DNA from: a virus | Lineage: Duplodnaviria; Caudoviricetes | DNA: 32,129 bases | Direction: 5' to 3' (one strand) | Virus record (IMG/VR): IMGVR_UViG_3300008007_000006 | Location: 1 to 32,129 of that record | Shown: piece after piece, positions 1 through 8,143 of the stretch | Position numbering within the stretch: the first letter of the stretch is position 1 | How the letters are laid out: each line of letters begins with the position of its first letter | Program-made: the position numbers and the translations under genes | The notes under the pieces: generated by a model | What the model saw: only the letters and a program-made list of their open reading frames with translations | What the model was told of the DNA's origin: nothing | Database searches by the model: none

Positions 1-28
1 AAACTAAAAAATATTTTACGTTTTATAT
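1..28. repeat. 28-bp terminal direct repeat, copy 1 (likely circular assembly overlap)
   Basis: AAACTAAAAAATATTTTACGTTTTATAT at 1-28 is identical to 32102-32129. Confidence 0.9.
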
Positions 29-33
29 AAATA
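26..33 (+). promoter_or_regulatory. T4-late-type promoter motif TATAAATA upstream of the plus-strand operon
   Basis: TTTATATAAATACTAATGTAAA is nearly identical to TTTATATAAATAGTAATGTAAA at 31680-31701; followed by an AC-rich leader and AAGGAG RBS. Confidence 0.65.
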
Positions 34-70
34 CTAATGTAAATACAAAACAACTTAAAGGAGATTTACA

Positions 71-499
71 ATGGTTAAAACACCATATATGAAAAGCAAA
101 TGGTCTTCTGTTAATGATAGACAGAAAGCATATTTGATTCACAGAAAAGCTAAAGACGGTTATTTCAAGAAAGATATTGAAGATAGAATAATTGAACTTG
201 GAAGACAAAAAAAACTTCATGAATTAGTTGGAACCGAATTATGGAAACAACTTAATTCACAAGGTATGTATAACGAATCACACCCTGTAGGTAGACCAAA
301 AATATGGATGAAACTTTCAGACAAAACAAAAGCTTACAATATTGTTGATAAAGCTAAAAACGGTTTTTACAATGAAGAACTTTGTAAAAGGATTCTTGAT
401 ATTGAAAACAAAGGAAGAAGACCAGACCTAGTTGACTTAGACATATGGTCAATACTAACAACGTCTGGAACATACTATGACGACAAGGAAGGAGAATAA
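71..499 (+). CDS. Hypothetical protein made of two copies of a ~57-aa domain shared with the helicase C-terminus
   Basis: AAGGAG RBS; internal duplication W..KAY.I..KAK.G[YF][FY]..RI..LV..[LI]W..L...G. Confidence 0.8.
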   Translation: MVKTPYMKSKWSSVNDRQKAYLIHRKAKDGYFKKDIEDRIIELGRQKKLHELVGTELWKQLNSQGMYNESHPVGRPKIWMKLSDKTKAYNIVDKAKNGFYNEELCKRILDIENKGRRPDLVDLDIWSILTTSGTYYDDKEGE

Positions 500-501
500 C
501 A

Positions 502-729
502 GTGATTGTTAAAACATTAGAGTATGTAATAAACAATAGTCATTATCAGGGTGATGTTGAATATAAAAGCAAATTTCAGATGGAAAAAGAACATAGTTTA
601 GCATCAGACATTATATTGAAATGTTTTTTAAATGACGATAAAGTTGAACAAGAAGCTAGGAAGGTAGGACTGGAAAAAGCAAGAGACTCCGTCATACTCG
701 CCATTAGAGATAACATAGAAATAATTTAA
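502..729 (+). CDS. Hypothetical protein (75 aa)
   Basis: GTG start with GAAGGAG RBS; tightly packed in the operon. Confidence 0.7.
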   Translation: MIVKTLEYVINNSHYQGDVEYKSKFQMEKEHSLASDIILKCFLNDDKVEQEARKVGLEKARDSVILAIRDNIEII

Positions 730-741
730 GGATACTTTATA

Positions 742-1041
742 ATGAACAGAGAGAAATTAAAATTGCAAAGAATACCTACTATGGTTGAAAGTAATTCAGA
801 CGTTCAAACCTGTGTATTGGAAACTTTGAGGGACGCAGTAGTAACTATTGTTACTACTAATGGTGAAATTAGTGGAGTAATACAAACTAGCGATGCTTTC
901 ACAATACTTGTAGAGGTATCATCTGGTTCTAATAGGTTAGTATACAAAAGCCAAATTGTGTATATTTTATTTGAATCTGACGTGAAAAATGTTACTGAAC
1001 GAATAAAAATGAAAAAAATAAACAGAAAGAGTAAAGGTTGA
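742..1041 (+). CDS. hfq: Hfq-like (Sm/LSm fold) RNA chaperone
   Basis: VQTCVLETLRDAVVTIVTTNGEISGVIQTSDAFTILVEVSSGSNRLVYKSQIVYI aligns by eye with the Hfq core [56 protein letters not shown]; AAGGA RBS. Confidence 0.8.
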   Translation: MNREKLKLQRIPTMVESNSDVQTCVLETLRDAVVTIVTTNGEISGVIQTSDAFTILVEVSSGSNRLVYKSQIVYILFESDVKNVTERIKMKKINRKSKG

Positions 1042-1044
1042 AAT

Positions 1045-1560
1045 ATGTCAGATACCGAAAACGAAACACGGGTACCAAGTTGTGCCCGTTATTTTGATCC
1101 TAAAAATTACCCCGTTGTAGGTATTGATACTAAGGTCTCTAGACTTGAATCTATAGAAGTATACGAAATTATGAATATATTACCTGTAACTATAGAAGAG
1201 GCAGAACAGATAGCTACTAAAATATACAAAGTTAAATACCTAGCTTATAATAACTACTACGAAGAAGATTGTCAAGAAATTTTAAACTGTGGTTCTGAAG
1301 AATTAATGAGACATGATGTTATGTATAGAACAGACCAACATGGGAAATACATAGAAAAGATAAAAATACCACAAAATGACCTTAAACACAAAATATATAA
1401 CATACGCAAGTTGGCCGAAGAAGGATATTATGGTCCAAAAACATCAGAAAAGATATTGTGCATGGAAAGCGAAGAAATATATACCATGAAGATGTATGAA
1501 GAACTTAATACACGCGGTAAACGTAGGCTTAAGAAAAAGAAACGAAAGAAAAAGAAATGA
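1045..1560 (+). CDS. Hypothetical protein with two degenerate copies of the shared domain and a poly-Lys/Arg tail
   Basis: KIYNIRKLAEEGYY..KILCM..LNTRG and KIYKVKYLAYNNYY..EIL; ends RGKRRLKKKKRKKKK. Confidence 0.75.
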   Translation: MSDTENETRVPSCARYFDPKNYPVVGIDTKVSRLESIEVYEIMNILPVTIEEAEQIATKIYKVKYLAYNNYYEEDCQEILNCGSEELMRHDVMYRTDQHGKYIEKIKIPQNDLKHKIYNIRKLAEEGYYGPKTSEKILCMESEEIYTMKMYEELNTRGKRRLKKKKRKKKK

Positions 1561-1898
1561 AAGAAAGAATACTTTCAATCGCAGAAATGATTGACGCATA
1601 TAGAATAGCACCAAGAGCCATACTAATAGTGTATGGCTTTTTGGTTTGGGAAATTTATATTTGGTTTAAATCTCTTGAAACCATAGCAAAAATACAGTGT
1701 CAAGAAGATATATTTTTTAAACTAATACAGAATGGTATTGATGTTAACAAAGCATCTGAAATAGCTTGTGTGGTTATAGAAGTTGTTGGTGGACCTACAG
1801 CACAACAGACAACGTTCGTTACGGCCATTGTGGGACTCTCTACCGCTATTATAGGATTGTATCTTAATAGCGGTAGGAGGTGGGAAAAAAAGGGCTGA
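1557..1898 (+). CDS. Two-TM membrane protein (possibly holin-like)
   Basis: Hydrophobic segments AILIVYGFLVWEIYIWF and FVTAIVGLSTAIIGLY; ATGA overlap with the upstream gene. Confidence 0.7.
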   Translation: MKERILSIAEMIDAYRIAPRAILIVYGFLVWEIYIWFKSLETIAKIQCQEDIFFKLIQNGIDVNKASEIACVVIEVVGGPTAQQTTFVTAIVGLSTAIIGLYLNSGRRWEKKG

Positions 1899-1922
1899 GA
1901 ACCTTTTACAGCGCCCAGCCCT
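1885..1922 (-). terminator. Intrinsic terminator ending the minus-strand structural region and/or the sRNA
   Basis: AGGGCTG-N18-CAGCCCT followed by TTTTTT on the minus strand, between convergent operons. Confidence 0.6.
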
Positions 1923-1940
1923 CACACACACACACACACA
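1923..1940 (+). repeat. (CA)9 dinucleotide tract
   Basis: CACACACACACACACACA read directly from the sequence. Confidence 0.95.
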
Positions 1941-1985
1941 TAGTTAGGGCGCTGCCCAACTGTATTTATTGGAAGGTTACTTTAA

Positions 1986-3695
1986 TCAGTAATTTTTCCG
2001 GTGAATAAATCTTCCTAAATTCCCAACTCTCAAACTACCATCAGATGTTCTTCTTATATTAGGAGGATCGTTAACCCCACATCCTACTAAAATTTCAGTG
2101 ACCGAACAAACAGTTGGAAACTCAAAAAGATTCCATTCAAATTCAATATCAAGGTTTCCATCAAAATAGTCTGAAAAAGCTATTGCGGTGAAAAACCCGG
2201 AATCTCCTATTGAACTGTTGTAAACTGCACCAATGTCAGACGCTTCTATAATCGATGGATTACTTTGTGAAGACGTAAATTCTTTAACTTGCAAATTTGT
2301 AATATTTAAATTTGAAAATTTGTATCTGAAAGTGTTAGAACCATCGAAAGATATAATGTAATATCTTACTGCGTTGGCAGTAGGTAATGGTGCAGGTGTA
2401 AACGTAAGAATACTATCGCTTCCTTGATCAAAGTTGTTATAGTTGTTTATAGATAAAATGTTTCCGTTTCTTATAACATTTATTGTTATTCTAACAAAAT
2501 CGGCATTATAATTAACTGCGTCCGGTGTTTGTTGAATAAACATAGACGGTGTCAAAATATCTGTACCAAATTCAGCAGTAAAGACCTGTCTTCTAAATGG
2601 TGAATCATAAGCAACACCTCCCTCTGGAGTAACATCAGTATCATCTATTATTTGCTGATCATAAACTTTAGTAAAACCAGAAATGTCTTCAATACCCAAA
2701 TATGTTTGTGCAGATACAACAATAATGTCTCCATTTTCTGCCATAAGCCCACTAAAGTCAACAGTTTCACTGGCGGTAGTCAATAAAATGTTATCATCAC
2801 CAGAACGGTTGTAAAATCTGTTACCGGTATAACCAAAAAATATAGAACAAGGATCATCACTAGGAACAGATAAACTTGGAGTTGGTGTTGGGGTTACACT
2901 GCTTGTAGGTGTGGGGGTGGGAGTAATAGACGCAGACAAAGAAATTGTTGGCGTAACACTTGGAGTTGGTGTAGGTGTAGGCGTCGGCAAGTTTGGAGCA
3001 AAATCATTGCTGTAAATTTCAAAGTAATTTAATCTAAAATCAACAAGAGTGTCATAAAACATATAAGGTAAACCAGACTCATAGGTTCTAGTTTGAACGT
3101 CTAGTATTAAACTATCACCCTCAGAAATATTTAATGTGTATAGGAAATTCTCTCCGTAGATCTGGTTAAGCAAAATTTCGTTTGTTGGAACCCAAGGTCC
3201 AGAAACACTATCAACCTCAATCCCATTAGAATCCAATTGTATAAACTTTGCTCTAAAGTCGCTAAGTCTGGGAGTGGCATTGGCTATTAAAAGTCTTGTA
3301 TTAAAACCAGTTATGGTGCAATCTTGGTCAAAAGTGTATCTCCATTTCCTCATAGAAGTTTCTACCGTACTAGGGTTAGCAACTTGTATAACACTATAAG
3401 AGTCATCTCCAAGAATAGGATCAAATATAGTTAACAGCCTATCCGGGTTATTAATAGGGTCAATATCACTTAGTAGGAAAAAAGTATAAGGCGTCCCCGG
3501 AGGTGGCGAAGGGGTAGGAGTAGGAGATGGTGTAACACTCGGACTACTACTGGGTGTAGGTGTTGGTGTAGGTGTAGGTGGTATTTGAGATGTTGAAGGT
3601 GTTGGTGTTGGACTAACAGGAATCGCCGACGCTACTGGGTCGGCAAATATTCTTTTGGTGTTAGTCCTTTTTACCGGATTAGTTCTATTTGGCAT
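1986..3695 (-). CDS. Putative virion-associated protein with two Pro/Thr (PT)n linkers separating beta-rich domains
   Basis: PTPTPTPTPSS repeats near aa 28-68 and 235-277; last gene downstream of the tail spike. Confidence 0.7.
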   Translation of the reverse strand: MPNRTNPVKRTNTKRIFADPVASAIPVSPTPTPSTSQIPPTPTPTPTPSSSPSVTPSPTPTPSPPPGTPYTFFLLSDIDPINNPDRLLTIFDPILGDDSYSVIQVANPSTVETSMRKWRYTFDQDCTITGFNTRLLIANATPRLSDFRAKFIQLDSNGIEVDSVSGPWVPTNEILLNQIYGENFLYTLNISEGDSLILDVQTRTYESGLPYMFYDTLVDFRLNYFEIYSNDFAPNLPTPTPTPTPSVTPTISLSASITPTPTPTSSVTPTPTPSLSVPSDDPCSIFFGYTGNRFYNRSGDDNILLTTASETVDFSGLMAENGDIIVVSAQTYLGIEDISGFTKVYDQQIIDDTDVTPEGGVAYDSPFRRQVFTAEFGTDILTPSMFIQQTPDAVNYNADFVRITINVIRNGNILSINNYNNFDQGSDSILTFTPAPLPTANAVRYYIISFDGSNTFRYKFSNLNITNLQVKEFTSSQSNPSIIEASDIGAVYNSSIGDSGFFTAIAFSDYFDGNLDIEFEWNLFEFPTVCSVTEILVGCGVNDPPNIRRTSDGSLRVGNLGRFIHRKNY

Positions 3696-3696
3696 T

Positions 3697-3906
3697 TTAA
3701 GCCCTCAAATACTTAATAGTAGAAGATATGAAAGCTTTGTATTCTTTAAGAATACTTTCATCAACCTCTTCCAAAAATTCTTGGCCATTTTCATTTAATA
3801 CCATAATAGTGTTTGGAAGATTTTCTACATATTCTTGGTATCTCTTTTTCCTTGAGTCTTTATAGTACCTAAGCTCTTTGTTTTCATCATAATAAATTAT
3901 AAACAT
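3697..3906 (-). CDS. Small hypothetical protein (69 aa)
   Basis: TAAGGA RBS followed by CGCACACACAC-ATG; packed between spike and PT-protein genes. Confidence 0.7.
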   Translation of the reverse strand: MFIIYYDENKELRYYKDSRKKRYQEYVENLPNTIMVLNENGQEFLEEVDESILKEYKAFISSTIKYLRA

Positions 3907-3920
3907 GTGTGTGTGCGTCC

Positions 3921-6900
3921 TTATTGTTTGTTATTCAAAATCTGAATTGCGTTAGACAATGGTTGTACATTGACGTTGTTTGTATTTAAGTAATCAACTA
4001 TTGCAGAAAAATCTGTTTCCAACCAGTCTTGACCATCTACCAAAGTAGATACCAAGGTATGAAAATTCAATATAAGCCACTGGTTGTTTGCTACAGCATC
4101 ATCAATCCAACCTTTTACTTGGGCCTGTGTAGTAAACTTGTCAATGGACTGCCTGTTGATGTTGTAAGGAGATATGTAGGTCTGACCATTTGCCCATCCG
4201 TTTATATTAGAAGCGTGAGAAAAGTTTCTTCTAACTTCTTTAATTATATTGTCACTAAATGCACCGTTGGGGTAAGAATAGTGATCCGAACCACGAAAAC
4301 CTCTTTCTAACAAATAGTTTCTTGTAGATCTTAAGTGATCTTCAAGTTCTGATTGAGTAAGGTTGTTAAGGTTACCAATATGATGACCACCAATGTCCCA
4401 TCCCACTTTGTCAAGATCGAACAGCTCTTCTTCTGTTAGGTAACCAGAGTTTCCAATTTCTTCAGGATCGATTAAGGCCGTGCCGGCATACATATATTTG
4501 TCCATATATTCCTTACCGATAATAACATCATCATATCCATCATCAAAAGTGATTGTAACAATGTGTCCCGTGGTGCTGTCAGGTATAGTTGCTATTGAGT
4601 CCAGATGAACCGTTACTCTGTTATTACCATTATCTTGCACCCTTAACAACATTTGTTTTATTGCTGAAAGGTTTGGAGAGCCATCGACAGGAAGATCATC
4701 AACATCTACTACAACTTCTATCCATTCATTGTCTGGTGGGTTTACTAGTCTAGTACCCAAATCAATATTCACAGAATCTGCGAAAGTCCATTCAGAAGAT
4801 GATATTTTCAAAACGACAGCACTTACATCAGCCCAATCATCACATTTAACAAAAAGTCTCAACAAAGATTCACTAATATCCACCGTAGGGCTTAATATTG
4901 GCGTAGAAATACCAGCATTACTGTTTCCAGATTGGGTAGTTACAGTTACTGATCCAGTCTGTGTTACGTGATCATTACTTGTTCCACCATCTCCAGCAGC
5001 GTACCAATCATCCCAACCGCTTTCTGTAGAATATATGTAGCTGCCCCTCGCCCTAGGAAGAGTTACAGTAGGTCTAGAATTTGTATACTTTTGCAGATCA
5101 CTAATATCTTGTTCTACAATTGCCCTGTTTATCCACTCTGAGCCAGTGCCTTCGTAAAAAAAGGCATGGCCGTCAGATGGAGTATTAATGTTAACGTCTG
5201 AAAGTTCATTTATATTTTCTCCTGTAATGTTTGAAATAAAACCAGAAATGCTATTATCGAACAATGATAAGTCATTTTCAACTACAAAGTCAACATTATT
5301 ATTCAAATCATCGTATGTTACTGTAATAAGACTTTGGTTTCCATTCAAAACATTCCAAGCGGCATCTTGTATTTCTTCCTCAGTTTGATCTGCGGTTGAA
5401 CCATCTTCTACGTTAATATGGCTTCTAAGGGAAACAGCATTTATCCCCAAAGATATGTTGCCAGAACTTGTAACAGGCGAACCAGAATCTATTTCTATAC
5501 CGTCACTACCCGAGATTCCAACAGAAGTTACCGTTCCTGTGTTTGTAGTATATCCTTTACTTTCTATATGATCATCTATTGCTGCAGCAGTCATTAGTTG
5601 TGTATCAGAATCTATAAAAGATTCGATACTAGTCAACACAGAACCAGCCTGTATGTCTGAAAAAGACACATCAGTTAAAAATCCAGAAGAGCTATTGTCA
5701 AATAAAGATAGATCGTCGTTTACAATAAAGTCAACGTTTTCGTTAGCATCATCATAAGTTACCGTTATAAGAGTTTGTGTTCCGGTCAAAACATCCCAAG
5801 CAAAATCCTGTACCTCTTCTTTTGTCAAAGAGCCCCCGGAAGTTGCAGCGTCAAATGTTATAGTATCTGAAGAAGCATTAGTGCTTATAGTCATGTTGGT
5901 ACCAGCAACTAATGTCAATGTGTCGGAAGTTGTATCTGCAACAACATCACTCTGTCCAGATACTGATATTGTACCAAAAGCTTGTCCACCACCACCAGAT
6001 GAACTGATTGTAATAGAATCTGTACTCGAATCTGTAGTTAATGTTATATTGCTTCCAGCCACAAGAGTTAAAGTATCATTAGAACTGTCTGCTACGACGT
6101 TGTCCTGCCCGGATATAGATATGGTATTAAAGATGTTTGGGGTGTTTGTGAAATTGTTGTAGTCTAAGAAATATGCTGGTATGTTTCCATCTAACGTTTC
6201 AGAATCTATACCAAGAGCGTCTACAAAAGCTTTGTCCACTCTAATGTCAATGTCAGAATTTGTCCTTGCAGTTGTGTAATATAGGTTAGAAGCTTCTGTA
6301 ACGTCGTCAGTGTCTAAAGTTACAGATCCGGTTTTACCCGATACAGAATCTACGGCGTTAACCTCGGCACCAGCAGAAATACCATCAAGTTTAGTCTTGT
6401 CTGAAGAAGACAATAAACCTGAGTCTGTAGTTGTTGCAGAAGCAATAATAGTGTTACTACCACCAGTGTTGGTTATCTCTATAGTGTCAGGAAGAACGGT
6501 CTGACCCAAATCTACAACAGTCAAATATGATTGTAGATCACTTATTTGTGATTCTGTAATTTCTATTGAAGAATAGACCGAGTTGGATTTGTATCCTGTC
6601 CAGTTGTCTGATCCATGATAAACAAGTTCTATTGACTCTTTCGGGTTAAGAGTAACGTTATTTGCCGTACTATTAGCTTCCGATAAAGTAACACCAGAAG
6701 CGCCTGAAAGCGTCAACACGCCAGTTGAAGATGTATTTCTTATGATGATACTATTAGACGTATCAAACTCGTTGTCTGTGCCCTGAGCAACTGCAACTTG
6801 AGTTGGAATAGTAACAGTGTAATTGTTATCGGTTCTAAGTTCTAGAACTTTGGAAACATCCTGTATTCTAACAGTATATGCTCCGGTAATTTCTCCTATC

Positions 6901-8093
6901 AATCTTTCGTCTGTGTAAATCACTGCACTATCAAAATCTATTTGTACTGTAGGTTGTCTCGGAAAAGAGTTTGAGTATATTACGTTATCTCCGTCACCAA
7001 CAAGATAAATATCATTCTCAATAGCACCGTAGGAGTGAACGCCGTCAATTATAGTATTGGTAACATTGTTAGTCAAAATATTATTGGTGTTATTAAAAAA
7101 TGATCCACTGATTCTCATATTTTTGGAATCAGTTGTAGCATAAAAACCTCTAAAGTTCCCATAACTGATCAAATCCCAAGAAACATCTTCACAACCAAAT
7201 TGAGCAAATCCTCCGTTAAAACCGTTTCCGTATGTTACGGCAGAAACACTACCATATCTTGTATTTGTTAAAATAATACCATGAAAACCATTTTCGTATG
7301 AAATGGTGTTTTGGATTTTAAAATTTGTTGAAGCATCTAGGTGAATACCAGATGCATCACCGAGATACGCAACTTCGGAGTTAAAAGGTCCATTGTCGTG
7401 TGCTAATAGATTGTTAACAAATATATTATCACAAAACCCTAGATATATTCCTTCAATACCACCTTTAATTATCTGTAGATTTTCTAAAAGTATATTTGTG
7501 ACACGTTGCATTTCTATGCATACGGAACCATCATTGGGATCGTTGAATCCAATGTCGTTACCGTCAATAGTCATGTTAGATATTTTTATATTGGAATTAC
7601 CGTTATTAAAGTCAGTGTTTCTGAACATTTTTATAGAAACGTCTGCATCATTTGTAGCTCTAACAATAGAGGTGAACATATTACCACCGAATATTACTAC
7701 ATTGTCAGGCAACGTTACAGAATTTTTTATTGTAACAGTAGTGTTAGCGGGTATAAAAGCAATAAGTTGGTTGTTGGCAGCATAATTTACCCATTGCTGT
7801 ACAGCAGCAGTATCATCCGATACCCCAAGATTATCCTTAAAATCTTTAATGTTAGTAAAAGTACCACTTCTTGGAACCCAATCGGAACCGTCCCATGCGA
7901 TAATATCATCAATATCTGGAGAATCTACGGTGATTCCGTCTGTATTAACACCAGAAAGTATTTCGTCTCTCAACTGACTGAAAGTTATACTATGTGAGTC
8001 TTCGGGTGAAAGTCTTTCAACCTCAAAAACCTCAGCGCCTGTCAATGGAAGATCTATCGATGGTAAATCTTGTATTCTTTTAAATGTTGACAT
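3921..8093 (-). CDS. Tail spike/fibre: N-proximal right-handed beta-helix (pectin-lyase-like), repeated shaft, C-terminal NodB/CE4 polysaccharide deacetylase
   Basis: GVSDDTAAVQ start of a pectate-lyase-3-like region and N/G-rich rungs; C-terminal TITFDDG, GWDIGGHH, YSYPNG, LILNFH motifs; position after gpJ. Confidence 0.8.
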   Translation of the reverse strand: MSTFKRIQDLPSIDLPLTGAEVFEVERLSPEDSHSITFSQLRDEILSGVNTDGITVDSPDIDDIIAWDGSDWVPRSGTFTNIKDFKDNLGVSDDTAAVQQWVNYAANNQLIAFIPANTTVTIKNSVTLPDNVVIFGGNMFTSIVRATNDADVSIKMFRNTDFNNGNSNIKISNMTIDGNDIGFNDPNDGSVCIEMQRVTNILLENLQIIKGGIEGIYLGFCDNIFVNNLLAHDNGPFNSEVAYLGDASGIHLDASTNFKIQNTISYENGFHGIILTNTRYGSVSAVTYGNGFNGGFAQFGCEDVSWDLISYGNFRGFYATTDSKNMRISGSFFNNTNNILTNNVTNTIIDGVHSYGAIENDIYLVGDGDNVIYSNSFPRQPTVQIDFDSAVIYTDERLIGEITGAYTVRIQDVSKVLELRTDNNYTVTIPTQVAVAQGTDNEFDTSNSIIIRNTSSTGVLTLSGASGVTLSEANSTANNVTLNPKESIELVYHGSDNWTGYKSNSVYSSIEITESQISDLQSYLTVVDLGQTVLPDTIEITNTGGSNTIIASATTTDSGLLSSSDKTKLDGISAGAEVNAVDSVSGKTGSVTLDTDDVTEASNLYYTTARTNSDIDIRVDKAFVDALGIDSETLDGNIPAYFLDYNNFTNTPNIFNTISISGQDNVVADSSNDTLTLVAGSNITLTTDSSTDSITISSSGGGGQAFGTISVSGQSDVVADTTSDTLTLVAGTNMTISTNASSDTITFDAATSGGSLTKEEVQDFAWDVLTGTQTLITVTYDDANENVDFIVNDDLSLFDNSSSGFLTDVSFSDIQAGSVLTSIESFIDSDTQLMTAAAIDDHIESKGYTTNTGTVTSVGISGSDGIEIDSGSPVTSSGNISLGINAVSLRSHINVEDGSTADQTEEEIQDAAWNVLNGNQSLITVTYDDLNNNVDFVVENDLSLFDNSISGFISNITGENINELSDVNINTPSDGHAFFYEGTGSEWINRAIVEQDISDLQKYTNSRPTVTLPRARGSYIYSTESGWDDWYAAGDGGTSNDHVTQTGSVTVTTQSGNSNAGISTPILSPTVDISESLLRLFVKCDDWADVSAVVLKISSSEWTFADSVNIDLGTRLVNPPDNEWIEVVVDVDDLPVDGSPNLSAIKQMLLRVQDNGNNRVTVHLDSIATIPDSTTGHIVTITFDDGYDDVIIGKEYMDKYMYAGTALIDPEEIGNSGYLTEEELFDLDKVGWDIGGHHIGNLNNLTQSELEDHLRSTRNYLLERGFRGSDHYSYPNGAFSDNIIKEVRRNFSHASNINGWANGQTYISPYNINRQSIDKFTTQAQVKGWIDDAVANNQWLILNFHTLVSTLVDGQDWLETDFSAIVDYLNTNNVNVQPLSNAIQILNNKQ

Positions 8094-8143
8094 TTTATCT
8101 AATATTTCCTATGTTTTATATATTTATTAAATTTACATGTTTG

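Larger units (their letters stand above)
1885..1957 (-). ncRNA. Putative ~73-nt sRNA with a UA(UG)9 seed and intrinsic terminator
   Basis: AATAAATA motif at 1963-1970 (-), then GGGCAGCGCCC, CUA(UG)9, AGGGCUG/CAGCCCU stem and U-tract. Confidence 0.5.

Noticed and set aside
1-28. Terminal repeat as a biological DTR or att site
   Set aside because: A short exact overlap at both contig ends is most simply an assembler circularisation overlap; no integrase is visible.
21-33. TTTATATA/TATAAATA read as archaeal TATA boxes
   Set aside because: Lambda-like M-L-K-I-J tail, a bacterial-type Hfq, GC hairpin-U terminators, a TTGACA-17-TATACT promoter and apparent starts about 6 nt (not about 25 nt) after the motif all point to a bacterial system.
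1722-1937. Minus-strand ORF MCVCVRAG...
   Set aside because: Starts inside the TG tract without an RBS, crosses a terminator and is antisense to a well-formed membrane protein gene.
1923-1940. (CA)9 as eukaryotic microsatellite contamination or phase-variation tract
   Set aside because: It is intergenic, embedded in interlocking stems and mirrored by CA-rich leaders elsewhere in the genome; read-level length variation should still be checked.
5250-6130. Duplicated segments in the spike gene as DGR template/variable repeats
   Set aside because: They are in-frame protein repeats with general divergence, and no reverse transcriptase is encoded.
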